Assembly: GCF_963921235.1 (NCBI RefSeq)
Contig: NC_086108.1
Location: 1,054,001-1,118,000, forward strand
Direction: 5' to 3'
DNA from: Mobula hypostoma
Taxonomy: Eukaryota
Length of the DNA stretch: 64,000 nt
The notes beneath the pieces are model-generated. The model made no database searches and was not told where the DNA came from. It saw nothing but the letters and a program-made list of their open reading frames with translations. Below, in pieces: positions 9,440 through 23,169 of the stretch (position 1 is its first letter; each line of letters starts with the position of its first letter). A program made the position numbers and the translations under genes.

Positions 9440-12400
9440 GGTTGAGAGAGATGGTTGAGATATGGGAACCAAACTGAAGAGGCAGAGGAAGAGGCGGTTG
9501 GCTTAAAAATAAAGAAAGCTTGGAGACAGTGCGAGAGGGATGATAGGCAGGTGATAGAGAAGGGACGTGCTCAGACCAATGGTGTGAGATGCGTCTATTT
9601 TAATGCAAGGAGTATGAACAAAGTGGATGAGCTTAGAGCATGGATCAGTACTTGGAGCTATGACATTGTGGCCATTACAGAAATTTGGATGGCTGTGGGA
9701 CAAGAATGGTTACTTCAAGTGCCAGGCTTTAGATGTTTCAGAAAGGACAGGGAGGGAGGCAAAAGAGGTGGGGACGTGGTACTGTTGATCAGAAATAGCG
9801 TTACGGCCGCAGAAAAGGAGGAAGTCATGGAGGGATTGTTTACGGAGTCTCTGTGGGTGGAAGTTAGGAACAGGAAGGGATCAATAACTCTTCTGGGTAT
9901 TTTTCATAGGCCGCCCAATAGTAACAGGAACATCGAGGAGCAGATAGGGAGACAGATTCTGGAAAGGTGTAATAATAACAGGGTTGTCATGGTGGGAGAT
10001 ATTAATTTCCCAAATATCGATTGGCATCTCCCTAGAGTGAGGGGATTAGATAGGGTGGAGTTTGTTAGGTGTGTTCAGGAAGGTTTCTTGACACAATATG
10101 TAGGCAAGCCTACAAGAGGAGAGGCTGTACTTGATCTGGTATTGGGAAATGAACATGGTCAGGTGTCAGATCTCTCAGTGGGAGAGCATTTTGGAGATAG
10201 TGATCACAATTCTATCTCCTTTACCATATCATTGGAGAGGGGTAGGAACAGACAAGTTAGGAAAGCTTTTAATTGGAGTAGGGGGAAATATGAGGCTATC
10301 ATGCAGGAACTTGAAAGCATAAATTGGGACCAGATTTCTCAGGGAAATGTATGGAAGAAATGTAGCAAATGTTCAGGGGATATTTGCGTGGAGTTCTTCA
10401 TGGGTACATTCCAATGAGACAGGGAATGGATGGTAGGGTACAGGAACCGTGGTGTACAAAGGCTGTTGAAAATCTAGTCAAGAGAAAAGAAAAGCTTACG
10501 AAAGGTTCAAAAAAACTAGGTAATGATAGAGATCTAGAAAATTATAAGGGTAACAGGAAGGAGCTTAAGAATGAAGTTAGGAGAGCCAGAAAGGGTCCAT
10601 GGGAAGGCCTTGGCGGGCAGGATTAAGGAAAACCCCAAGGCATTCTACAAGTAGGTGATGAGCAAGAGGTTAAGACGTGAGAGAATAGGACCAATCAAGT
10701 GTGACAGTGGAAAAGTATGTATGGAACCGGAAGTGTGCATGGAACCAGAGGTACTTAATGAGTACATTGCTTCAGTATTCACTACAGAAAAGGATCTTGG
10801 CGATTGTAGGGTTGACTTACAACAGACTGAAAAGCTTGAGCATGTAGATATTAAGAAAGAGGTTGTGTTGGAGCTTTTGGAGAGCATCAAATTGGTTAAA
10901 TCACTGGGACCGGATGAGATGTACCAGGGAGGAGATTGCTGAGCCTCTGGCGATGATCTTTGCATCATCAATGGGTCAGGAGAGGTCCCGGAGGATTGGA
11001 GGGTTGCGGATGTTGTTCCCTTATTCAAGAAAGGGAGTAGAGATAGCCCAGGAAATCATAGATCAGTGAATCTTACTTCAGTGGTTGCTAAGTTGGTGGA
11101 GAAGATCCTGAGAGGCAGGATTCATGAACATTTGGAGAGGTATAATATGATTAGGAATAGTCAGCATGGCTTTGTCAAAGGCAGGTCGTGCCTTACGAGC
11201 CTGATTGAATTTTTTGAGGATGTGACTAATCACATTGATGAAGGTAGAGCAGTTGATGTAGTGTATATGGATTTCAGCAAGGCATTTGACAAGGTACCCC
11301 ATGCAAGGCTTATTGAGAAAGTAAGGAGGCATGGGATCCAAGGGGACATTGCTTTGTGGATCCAGAACTGGCTTGCCCACAGAAGGCAAAGAGTGGTTGT
11401 AGACAGGTCATATTCTGCATGGGGGTCGCTGACCAGTGGTGTGCTTCAGGGATCTGTTCTGGGACCCCTACTCTTCGTGATTTTTATAAATGACTTGGAT
11501 GAGGAAGTGGAGGATGGGTTAGTAAATTTGCTGATGACAACGGTTCGGGGTGTTGTGGATAGGTGTGTAGGGCTACCAAACGTTACAGTGGGATATCGAT
11601 AGGATTCAAAACAGGGCTGAAAAGTGACAGATAGAGTTCAACCCAGATATTGTGAGGTGGTTCTTTTTGGTAGGTCAAGTATGATGGCAGAATATAGTAT
11701 TAATGGTAAGACTCTTGACAGTGTGGAGGATCAGAGGGATCCTGGGGTCCGAGTTCATAGGACACTCAAAGCTGCTGTGCAAGTTGATTCTTTGGTTAAG
11801 AAAGCATATGGTGCATTGGCCTTCATCAATCATTGGATTGAGTTTAGGAACTGAGAGGCAAAGGTGCAGCTATATAGGTTGTCAGGTTGGAGGCCGGTGA
11901 CTAGTGGTGTGCCTCAGGGATCTGTACTGGGTCCAATGTTGTTTGTCATATACATTAATGATCTGGATGATGGGGTGGTAAATTGGATTAGTAAGTATGC
12001 AGATGATACTAAGATAAGTGGAGTTGTGGATAATGAAGTAGGTTTTCAAAGCTTGCAGAGAGATTTAGGCCAATTAGAAGAGTGGGCTGAAAGATAACAA
12101 ATGGCGTTTAATGCTGATAAATGTGAGGTGCTACATTTTGATAGGACTAATCAAAATAGGACATACATGGTAAATGGTAGGGCATTAAAGAATGCAGTAG
12201 AACAGAGGGATCTAGGAATAATGGTGCATAGTTCCCTGAAGGTGGAATCTCATGTGGATAGGGTGGTGAAGAAAGCTTTTGGTATGCTGGCCTTTATAAA
12301 TCAGAGCATTGAGTATAGGAGTTGGGATGTAATGTTGAAATTGTACAAGGCATTGGTAAGGCCAAATTTGGAGTATTGTGCACAGTTCTGGTCACCGAAT

Positions 12401-13465
12401 TATAGGAAAGATGTCAACAAAATAGAGAGAGTACAGAGAAGATTTACTAGAGTGTTACCTGGGTTTCAACACCTAAGGTACAGAGAAAGGTTGAACAAGT
12501 TGGTTCTTTATTCTTTGGAGTGTAGAAGGTTGAGGGGGGACTTGATAGAGGTATTTAAAATTATGAGGAGGATAGATAGACTTGACATGGATAGGCTTTT
12601 TCCATTGAGAGTAGGGGAGATTCAAACAAGAGGACATGAGTTGAGAGTTAAAGGGCAAAAGTTTAGGGGTAACACGAGGGGGAACTTCTTTACTCAGAGA
12701 GTGGTAGCTGTGTGGAACGAGCTTCCAGCAGAAGTGGTTGAGGCAGGTTCGATGTTGTCATTTAGAGTAAAATTGGATAGTTATATGGACAGGAAAGGAA
12801 TGGAGGGTTATGGGCTGAGTGCAGGTCGGTGGGACTAGGTGAGAGTAAGCATTCGGCATGGACTAGAAGGGCTGAGATGGCCTGTTTCTGTGCTGTAATT
12901 GTTATATGGTGAAATGGTTATGTAGGACCCTGGTCAGACCCCACTTGGAGTACTGTGCTCAGTTCTGGTCACCTCACTACAGGAAGGATGTGGAAACCAT
13001 AGAAAGGGTGCAGAGGAGATTTACAGGGATGTTGCCTGGATTGGGGAGCATGACTTATGAGAATAGTTCGAGTGCACTCAGTTTTTTTTTCTTGGAGCGA
13101 TGGAGGATGGGAGATCACCTGACAGAGGTATATAAGATGATGAGAGGCATTGATCACATGGATAGTCAGAGGCTTTTTCCCAGGGCTGAAATGGGAAGGT
13201 ACGGTTTTAAGGTGCTTGGAAGTAGGTACAGAAGAGATGTCAGGAGTAAGTTTTTTACTCAGAGAGTGGTGAGTGCATGGAATAGGCTGCAGGCAACAGT
13301 GGTGGAGGCGGGTACGATAGGGTCTTTTAAGAAACTCCTGGACAGGTATATGGAGCTTAGAAAAATAGAGGGCTTTGGGTAGCCCTGGGTAATTTCTAAA
13401 GTAATGACATGTCTCAAAGCTGGGCTGAAGGGCCTGTATTATGCTGTAGGTTTTCTATGTTTCTC
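9440..13465 (+). mobile_element. CR1 family C, ORF2-length copy with frameshifts
   Basis: Successive ORFs 9455-10417 (APE domain), 11066-11602 (RT) and 12906-13382 (C-terminus). TTTCTATG tail at ~13452. Confidence 0.92.
11879..12918 (+). mobile_element. 5'-truncated CR1 family B nested in family C
   Basis: Closely matches the reverse complement of ~2410-3445. TSD TATATAGG (11871-11878) / TATGTAGG (12919-12926). The host reading LYRTLVRPH is restored on removal. Confidence 0.92.
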
Positions 13466-13821
13466 AGTTTTGGAGAGGAAAAGGGTTAGAAACAAGGGAT
13501 GGTTAATTTGGAGCGAGGTCAGTGAGAGATGAGGGTGGGCCAGAAGCAGAGAGTGGGAGAGTCCCTTCTCCTCAAGGCTTCTGGACACCCCCGCTATGGC
13601 TGGCCCGAGCCCGTGGTGACAAGAGCAGATGTTTCGTGTGCAGTCCTCCCAAGATGCCGGACCAGTGGTGAATGGCACGATCTCACAAATGGCTACATGG
13701 AGTGACTGATCAGGATACCATGTCACCTCTGCAGTGGGAATGAGAGTGGGGGGTGGGTCACTAATGTTTAATGTCTATTTGTCGGTGGTCCACGATGAAA
13801 CCAAATGATATCTCCTCTAGC

Positions 13822-14275
13822 CAGTGCTGCCTGGATGAGAGAGCATGTCTTATGAGGACAGGGTGAGCAAGCTGGGGCTTTTCTCTTTGGAGTGAATGAG
13901 GATGAGTGGTGACTTCATAGAGCTGTACAGGATGATAAGGGGACTATGAGGCCCTCCATTAGTCAGGATCAGCTGTGCATGTTGCGTCCCAGCTGTCCAC
14001 ATGGTATGCAAGCCAGGGCAGTACGATATGGAGAGCAAGCTGTTGTGCATGTAGCAAACTCTCCCTCTGCACACAGCTGATGAGCCCAAGGAAAAGGCAG
14101 AGACCGATACAGTTTGGCACCAGGTTTGGTGGTGGAATCAGATATACTCGGGTCACTTGCGAGGCTCTCAGATTGGAACGTGGATGAAAGAAAGCTGGAG
14201 GGCTATGTGGGAGGGAAGGGTTCAATTGATCTTAATTGGCTGGCATAACATCGTGGGCTGAAGGGCCTGTGCTAC
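13822..14275 (+). mobile_element. Old CR1 3' fragment interrupted at ~13950-14125 by a piece of the element seen at 14460
   Basis: Region equivalent to LGLFSLE plus 3' UTR GGGCTGAAGGGCCTGT. The insert resembles 14465-14630. Confidence 0.6.
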
Positions 14276-14459
14276 ATACGCCTCCTGCAGCATCACGGTT
14301 GATCTATTAGCTATCTACACATTCCGCTGCCTTGGGAAATCTGACAGAATAATTAAGGAGCCCTCACATCCCAGTCATTCTCCCTTCTGTCCCCTCCCAT
14401 TGGGCTGAAGGCCCTGTACTGCGCTGTGTCATTCTGTATTCTAGTTCAGAGCAAAGAAT

Positions 14460-14943
14460 ATAGAGGGGTCCTCCGCTGGTCAGGGTCGACCATAGATGCT
14501 GCATGCCAGCTGTCTGTGTGATACACAAGCCTGGGCAGTACCCTACAGACAGCAAGTATAGCAAGCACCTCCTCTCCACGCAGCTGATCAACCCAACGGA
14601 ACGGCAAAGACTGATCGTGTTTGGCATCAGCAGCGTTGCAAGATTTGTCAGTCAGCATTGAACTCAATGTAGGACTCCAGCTGCGGATTTTTCCCCTGGG
14701 GTTTACTCCTAAAGCCTTCCCCATGACTGGGTATAGCCACAAGACGGTGGAAGTTTGTCCGAGTTTTCTTTCTCTTGGGTGAGCTGCCTGTCACAGCTGA
14801 CGAGCCCCATCTGCCCGAAGCGACCAGTTTTAAGGCGCCAGTAACCCACCTTTGCCCTTCCTCCTGTCAGTAGAAACGGTTCTGTCAGGCTTAGTAGCTG
14901 AGCCACATGTGAAGGCCAGGAGCTGGACGGTTGTCAGAGGGTA
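14460..14943 (-). mobile_element. Non-autonomous RTE-related element, probably continuing at 18898-18960
   Basis: Minus strand has GGCAGCTCACCCAAGAGAAAGAAAACTC, resembling RTE 5' UTRs. A second partial copy lies at 13950-14125. Confidence 0.45.
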
Positions 14944-14944
14944 C

Positions 14945-17900
14945 ATAGAAACATAGAAACATAGAAAATAGGTGCAGGAGTAGGCCATTCGGCCCTTCGA
15001 GCCTGCACCGCCATTTATTATGATCATGGCTGATCATCCAACTCAGAACCCAGCCTTCCCTCCATACCCCCTGACCCCTGTAGCCACAAGGGCCATATCT
15101 AACTTCCTTTTAAACATAGCTAATGAACTGGCCTCAACAGTTTGCTGTGGCAGAGAATTCCACAGATTCACCACTCTCTGTGTGAAGAAGTTTTTCCTAA
15201 TCTCGGTCCTAAAAGGCTTCCCCTCTATCCTCAAACTGTGACCCCTCGTTCTAGACCTCCCCAACATCGGGAACAATCTTCCTGCATCTAGCCTGTCCAA
15301 TCCCTTTAGGATCTTATACGTTTCAATCAGATCCCCCCTCAATCTTCTAAATTCCAACGAGTACAAGCCCAGTTCATCCAGTCTTTCTTCATATGAAAGA
15401 CCTGCCATCCCAGGAATCAATCTGGTGAACCTTCTTTGTACTCCCTCTATGGCAAAGATGTCTTTCCTCAGATTAGGGGACCAAAACTGCACACAATACT
15501 CCAGGTGTGGTCTCACCAAGGCCTTGTACAACTGCAGTAGTACCTCCCTGCTCCTGTACTCGAATCCTCTCGCTATAAATGCCAGTTCGCCTTTTTCACC
15601 GCCTGCTGTACCTGCATGCCCACTTTCAATGACTGGTGTATAATGACACCCAGGTCTCGTTGCACCTCCCCTTTTCCTAATCGGCCACCATTCAGATAAT
15701 AATCTGTTTTCCTATTTTTGCCACCAAAGTGGATAACTTCACATTTATCCACATTAAATTGCATCTGCCATGAGTTTGCCCACTCACCCAACCTATCCAA
15801 GTCACCCTGCATCCTCTTAGCATCCTCCTCACTGCTAACACTGCCACCCAGCTTCGTGTCATCCGCAAACTTGGAGATGCTGCATTTAATTCCCTCATCC
15901 AAGTCATTAATATATATTGTAAACAACTGGGGTCCCAGCACTGAGCCTTGCGGTACCCCACTAGTCACCGCCTGCCATTCTGAAAAGGTCCCGTTTATTC
16001 CCACTCTTTGCTTCCTGTCTGCTAACCAATTCTCCACCCACACCAATACCTTACCCCCAATACCGTGTGCTTTAAGTTTGCACACTAATCTCCTATGTGG
16101 GACCTTGTCAAAAGCCTTTTGAAAATCCAAATATACCACATCCACTGGTTCTCCCCTATCCACTCTACTAGTTACATCCTCAAAAAATTCTATGAGATTC
16201 GTCAGACATGATTTTCCTTTCACAAATCCATGCTGACTTTGTCCGATCATTTCACCGCTTTCCAAATGTGCTGTTATCACATCCTTGATAACTGACTCCA
16301 GCAGTTTCCCCACCACCGACGTTAGGCTAACCGGCCTATAATTCCCCGGTTTCTCTCTCTCTCCTTTTTTAAAAAGTGGGGTTACATTAGCCACCCTCCA
16401 ATCCTCAGGAACTAGTCCAGAATCTAACGAGTTTTGAAAAATTATCACTAATGCATCCACTATTTCTTGGGCCACTTCCTTAAGCACTCTGGGATGCAGA
16501 CCATCTGGCCCTGGGGATTTATCTGCCTTCAATCCCTTCAATTTACCTAACACCACTTCCCTACTAACATGTATTTCGCTCAGTTCCTCCATCTCACTGG
16601 ACCCTCTGTCCCTTACTATTTCTGGAAGATTATTTATGTCCTCCTTAGTGAAGACAGAACCAAAGTAATTATTCAATTGGTCTGCCATGTCCTTGCTCCC
16701 CATAATCAATTCACCTGTTTCTGTTTGCAGGGGACCTACATTTGTCTTTATCAGTCTTTTCCTTTTTACATATCTATAAAAGCTTTTACAGTCCGTTTTT
16801 ATGTTCTCTGCCAGTTTTCTCTCATAATCTTTTTTCCCCTTCCTAATTAAGCCCTTTGTCCTCCTCTGCTGAACTCTGAATTTCTCCCAGTCCTCAGGTG
16901 AGCCACTTTCTCTGGCTAATTTGTATGCTACTTCTTTGGAATTGATGCTATCCCTAATTTCTCTTGTCAGCCACGGGTGCACTACCTTCCTTGATTTATT
17001 CTTTTGCCAAACTGGGATGAACAATTGTTGTAGTTCATCCATGCAACCTTTAAATGCCTGCCATTGCATATCCACCGTCAATCCTTGAAGTGTCATTTGC
17101 CAGTCTATCTTAGCTAATTCATGTCTCATACCTTCAAAGTTACCCCTCTTTAAGTTCAGAACCTTTGTTTCTGAATTAACTACGTCACTCTCCATGTTAA
17201 TGAAGAATTCCACCATATTATGGTCACTCTTACCCAAGGGGCCTCTCACGACAAGATCGCTAATTAACCCTTCCTCATTGCTCAAAACCCAGTCCAGAAT
17301 AGCCTGCTCTCTAGTCGGTTCCTCGACATGTTGGTTCAAAAAACCATCCCGCATACATTCCAAGAAATCCTCTTCCTCAGCACCTTTACCAATTTGGTTC
17401 ACCCAGTCTACATGTAGATTGAAGTCACCCATTATAACTGCTGTTCCTTTATTGCACACATTTCTAATTTCCTGTTTAATACCATCTCCGACCTCACTAC
17501 TACTGTTAGGTGGCCTGTACACAACTCCCACCAGCGTCTTCTGCCCCTTAGTGTTACGCAGCTCTACCCATATCGATTCCACATCTTCCCGGCTTATGTC
17601 CTTCCTTTCTATTGCGTTAATCTCTTTTTTAACCAGCAACGCCACCCCACCTCCCCTTCCTTCGTGTCTATCCCTCCTGAATATTGAATATCCCTGAACG
17701 TTGAGCTCCCATCCCTGGTCACCCTGGAGCCATGTCTCTGTGATCCCAACTATATCATAATCATTAATAACAATCTGCACTTTCAATTCATCCACCTTAT
17801 TACGAATGCTCCTTGCATTGACACATAAAGCCTTCAGGCACTCTTTTACAACTCTCTTAGCCCTTTTTAATGCTTGCCCTGGATTTGTCGGCCTGCCACT

Positions 17901-18897
17901 TTTACTTTTCCCCTTTGTACTTTTTGCTTCTACCCTCACTTTACACCCCTCTGTCTCTCTGCACTGGTTCCCATCCCTCTGTTGTGAACTAACCTCCTCA
18001 CACCTAGCCGCTTTAATTTAATTCCCACCCCCCAACCATTCTAGTTTAAAGTCACCTCAGTAGCCCCCGCTAATCTCCCTGCCAGGATATTGGTCCCCCG
18101 AGGATTTAAGTGTAACCCGTCCTTTTTGTACAGGTCACACCTGCGCCAAAAGAGGTCCCAATGATCCAAAAACTTGAATCCCTGCCCCCTGCTCCAATCC
18201 CTCAGCCACGCATTTATCCTCCACCTCATCGCATTCCTACTCTCACTGTCGCGTGGCACAGGCAGTAATCCCGAGATTACTACCTTTGCGGTCCTTTTTC
18301 TCAACTCCCTTCCTAGCTCCCTATATTCTTCTTTCAGGACCTCATCCCTTTTCCTACCTATGTCATTGGTACCTATATGTACCAGGACCTCTGGCTCTTC
18401 ACCCTCCCACTTCAGGATATCTTGGACACGATCAGAAATATCCCGGACCCTGGCACCAGGGAGGCAAACTACCATCCGAGTCTCTGGACTGCGTCCACAG
18501 AATCGCCTATCTGACCCCCTTACTATCGAGTCCCCTATCACAACTGCCCTCCTCTTCCTTGCCCTACCCTTCTGAGCTACAGGGCCAGACTCTGTGCCGG
18601 AGGCAGGGCCACTGTCGCTTCCCCCGGGTAAGCTGTCCCCGCCAACAGTACTCAAACAGGAGTACCTGTTGTTAAGGGGCACAGCCGCCGGGGTACTCCC
18701 CATCACCTTCCTTTTCCCCTTCCCCCTCCTAACCGTGACCCACTTGTCTGCCTCCCGTGGCCCCGGCGTGACCACCTGCCTTCCACTCCTCTCTATCACC
18801 TCCTCACTCTCCCTGACCAGACGAAGGTCATCGAGCTGCAGCTCCAGTTCCGTAACGCGGTCCCTTAGGAGCTGCATCTCGATGCACTTGGCGCAGA
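14945..18897 (-). mobile_element. CR1 family A copy 2: 5'-truncated within the ORF1 zinc finger, ORF2 disrupted
   Basis: ORF1 remnant 18041-18897 and ORF2 pieces 15573-17939 and 15043-15531, nearly identical to copy 1. 7-nt deletion at ~15585 and CAA>TAA at ~18018-18020. Confidence 0.96.
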
Positions 18898-18975
18898 CAC
18901 ACGCCACTGGGAGCATTTAATAGGTACTGGGAGTTTGTCCCCATTATCACCCCTGGCCATAACAACCTTAAGGAA

Positions 18976-19370
18976 CCATAGAAGATAGAACGATACAGGC
19001 CCTTTGACCCACGATGTTGTGCCAGCCTTTTAACCCACCCCAAGACTAACCTCACCTTACCTTCCTACATAGCTTTCTATTTTTTTTTCCCTTTTATCCA
19101 GGTGCCTATCTAAGACTTTCTTAAATGTCCCTAATTTATCTGCCTCTGCTGCCAGTACTGGCAGTGAGATCCACATGCTACCCAGTCTTCAAAGTTCAAA
19201 GTAAAATTTATTATCAGAGTTCATACATGTCACCACATACAACCCTGAGATTCTTTTCCTGTCGGCACACTTAGCAAATCTATAGAACAGTAACTGTAAA
19301 CTGTAAATATCAGGAACTATGAACTTTAAACAAACTGTGCAAATGCAGATATAAATAAATAGCAATAAAT
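18976..19370 (-). mobile_element. CR1 3' fragment (18976-19187) followed by a Rex/L2-type tail (19188-19370)
   Basis: GGGTCAAAGGGCCTGT UTR motif. GATAATAAATTTTACTTTGAACTTTGAA tail on the minus strand. Confidence 0.6.
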
Positions 19371-19570
19371 CCCCTCTCACTCTTCTGAGATAGAGGGACA
19401 GAGAGAGAGCAGAGAGGATGCCAAGTGTCCATCACTGTTCCCCTCGTGACTGTGAGGCATGTGTAGAGCAGGGACTGGGTTCTACGTTATAGAGCACTGC
19501 AGCATACAAGCAGAGTCTTTGGCCCATCCAGTCTGTGCCCAACTATTATCTGCCTGGTCCTATTGGCCAG

Positions 19571-19880
19571 CACCTGGACCATAGCCCTCCATACATCTAC
19601 TACCTATGCACCTCTCCAAACTTCTCCCTGGGCTTATCGAATCACACCTGGACCATAGCCCTCCATACATCTACTACCTATGCACCTCTCCAAACTTCTC
19701 CCTGGGCTTATCGAATCACACCTGGACCATAGCCCTCCATACATCTACTACCTATGCACCTCTCCAAACTTCTCCCTGGGCTTATCGAATCACACCTGGA
19801 CCATAGCCCTCCATACATCTACTACCTATGCACCTCTCCAAACTTCTCCCTGGGCTTATCGAATCACACCTGGACCATAG
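19571..19880. repeat. 74-bp tandem repeat, 4 copies that look identical plus a partial, derived from a CR1 3' end
   Basis: CACCTGGACCATAG starts at 19571, 19645, 19719, 19793 and 19867. Degenerate units continue to ~20040. Confidence 0.95.
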
Positions 19881-20104
19881 TCATCCATATACTTCTCCAA
19901 ACTTCTCCCTAGTCCCATCAACCCCCACCGGGACCATAGCCACCTATACCCTTCCTATCTACGTACTTATCCAAACTTCCCCCAGTCCCATCAACCCATA
20001 CCCGGACCATAGCCCTCCATACCTCTCCCATCAAACTTCTCTTAAATGTTGAAATTGAACCCACATCTTCACCTTCCACTGGCAGCTTATTCCACACTCG
20101 TCGT

Positions 20105-20578
20105 AGAGTCATAGAAGAGTACAGCACAGGAACAGGCCCACAATGCTGCACTGAACCAGCGAAAAAGTAAATTAACCTCCCCCCCAAACCTAACCTACAC
20201 CACGTCTATACCCCTCCATCTTCCTCACATCCACGTGCCTCTCCAAATGTCTCTTAAAAGCCTCTAATGTATTTGCCTCTACCACCAGACCAGGCAGCAC
20301 ATTCCAGACATCCACCACTCTCTGAGTAAAAAACTTACCCCTCACATCCCCCTTCAACCTACCCCCCTCACCCCCATCTTCAATGCATGCCCTCTGGTAT
20401 TAGACATTTCTACCCTGGGAAACAGATACTCTCTGTCCACTCGATCTATCTCTCTTAATCTTGTATAAACCTCTATCAGATCTCCCCTCAGCCTCTGACA
20501 CTCCAGAGAAAACAACCCAAGTTTATCCAGCCTCTCCTGATAGCACATGCCCTCTAAACCAGGCAGCATCCTGGTAAA
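20105..20578 (-). mobile_element. CR1 3' fragment
   Basis: ORF 20354-20596 FTRMLPG...LGLFSLE...RGDLIEVY, followed by 3' UTR. Confidence 0.88.
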
Positions 20579-21542
20579 AGGTGAGTTTCCCTTCAAGTCT
20601 CCCCAACATTTCCTTACAGGGGCCGGACTCCACTAAGTGACGCTAAAGAGCTGTCAACACTGAGCTCACTGCTTTTCACGCTGTCTGCCAGCCACAGGGA
20701 TCAAGGTTCAACTCTCTGCCGGTCCCTTCCCAGCCAAGGAAGTGCCTTGACCCCATCTGACCAGACAGCGGGGTCACTGGGTCAATGAGCGCGCCCAGAC
20801 AGGAGGGGGGATGGTCCCGGGGGGGGGCGCAGGGGTGAGGGGACAGTGTCTGTCCAGAGGCATACAGAGTAGGAGACCTGGCCAGAGATGAACACCTGTG
20901 TTTATTCAAAGGGAACGGGAGAGAGGGGGCTGTGGGACGTTTAGGGTGGGAGGAGAGGTACAGGATGTGTCTGTGGGGTGGTAGGGGGAGGGGAAACGGC
21001 CAAGGAGGAAAGATATTTGACAATTCATCACAGAGTGTAGATGGTGTTCACTAGACTCTCTGGCAGGCTGAGAGCTAGTTAACTATTTAATGGCCAACTA
21101 CTTTAAATACCACTTTCAAGAGCTCTACAACTCACGTCCTCAATATTACTTATTATTTATTTACATATTATTATTGTGTTTTTCTTTTTGTATTTGGGCA
21201 ATTTGTTATCTTTTCCACGTTGGTTGTTTGTCTGTCTTTGATTCTTTCCATTTGCTGTGAATGCCCGCAAGAAAATTAGTCTATGGTGACATATGTGTAC
21301 TTTGATAATAAACTTACTTTGACATTGACACTGATGGAATAACACAGCACAGGTACAGGCCCTTCGGCCCACAATATCGTGCCAAACTCATTAAACAAGT
21401 AATTAAATGCATAACTGAACTAATCTCCTCTGCCTACACAATGTCCAAGGTTCAAGGTACATTTATTATCAAAGCATGTATGAGATTCGTCTTACTACAG
21501 ACAGCCACCAAACAAAGAAAACCATGGATGCTGTTCAAAGAA

Positions 21543-22605
21543 AAACTTCAAACCCTCTCCCCCTCGCACAAATAACAAATCGTGCAAATGGTGACAAGAA
21601 CTCAAACATCAAACCCTCTCCCCCTCGCACAAATAACAAATCACGCAAATGGTGACAAGAACTCAAACATCAAACCCTCTCCCCCTCGCACAAATAACAA
21701 ATCGTGCAAATGGTGACAAGAACTCAAACATCAAACCCTCTCCCCCTCGCACAAATAACAAATCGTGCAAATGGTGACAAGAACTCAAACATCAAACCCT
21801 CTCCCCCTTGCACAAATAACAAATCGTGCAAATGGTGACAAGAACTCAAACATCAAACCCTCTCCCCCTTGCACAAATAACAAATCACGCAAACGGTGAC
21901 AAGAACTCAAACTCCTAAACCACCCCCCCAAGCAAAAATAACAAATCACGCAAACGGTAACAAGAACTCAAACTCCTAAACCCCCCCACACACAAATAAC
22001 AAATCACACAAACGGTAACAAGAACTCAAACTCCTAAACCCCCCCACACACAAATAACAAATCACGCAAATGGTGACAAGAACTCAAACTCCTAAACCCC
22101 CCCACACACAAATAACAAATCACGCAAACAGTAACAAGAACATCAAATTCCCAAACCCCCACACACACAAATAACAAATCACACAAATGGTAACAAGAAC
22201 TCAAACTCCTAAACCCCCCCACACAAATAACAAATCACGCAAACGGTAACAAGAACTCAAACTCCTAAACCCCCCCACACACACAAATAACAAATCACAC
22301 AAATGGTAACAAAAACATCAAATTCCCAAACCCCCCCACACACAAATAACAAATCACACAAATGGTAACAAAAACATCAAATTCCCAAACCCCCCCACAC
22401 ACAAATAACAAATCACACAAACAGTAACAAGAACATCAAATTCCCAAACCCCCACACACACAAATAACAAATCACGCAAACGGTAACAAGAACATCAAAT
22501 TCCTAAACCCCCCCACACACAAATAACAAATCACACAAACAGTAACAAGAACATCAAATTCCCAAACACCCCTCACACAAATAACAAAGAAACACAAATG
22601 ACAAC
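21543..22605. repeat. ~58-62-bp A/C-rich minisatellite, about 17-18 units
   Basis: CACAAATAACAAATC..CAAA.GGT.ACAAGAAC core. The first units are spaced exactly 61 bp (21601, 21662, 21723, 21784, 21845). Confidence 0.95.
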
Positions 22606-23169
22606 AAAAAAGAATGGACAAAAACACAGAATATAAAAAGATAAAAGTTAAGGAGTCCCAAATGAAATGTAGTCCTATCTATAAATCACAGATCCAGCAA
22701 TTTGGTATCACCCTTTGACAGCATCATGGGGTGGGGGGGGAGGAGAGAGAGAGAGAGACGGACAGACATGCCTTCAGGAGCGGCAATCGAGAGAGCATCA
22801 CACACAAACACCTCCTCCAGCACTGGCCAGTGAGAGGCTGCTAGACAGCATCGGCGAGCTTGTTGAGGAATGAAGTCAATCATGGGTCTCCAAGCTTCTA
22901 GGTCTCGAGTCTGCTAACCTCCTGGAATCTTCTTGGAGACAGCAAAGCACCAGATTGCTCAATCGATCACAGACTCGAACAGGACCAGAAACACATTTAA
23001 AATAAAAAGAGAATGTAAAAGAAGCAACAAAACTGTTTCCTGGACTATCTGGCAGGTGTCGTCCAAGGTAGCATTGCTCACTGGCACCATTCAAAGAAAG
23101 AAAGATGAGCTTTAATTGTCACATGTACAGTGCGGTGTGTCGTTTACCCAGTCGGTGACCTCTATGAAG

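Noticed and set aside
21543..22605. CRISPR-like regular repeats (also 19571-19880)
   Set aside because: These are head-to-tail tandem units with no unique spacers and no cas genes, in a eukaryotic context.
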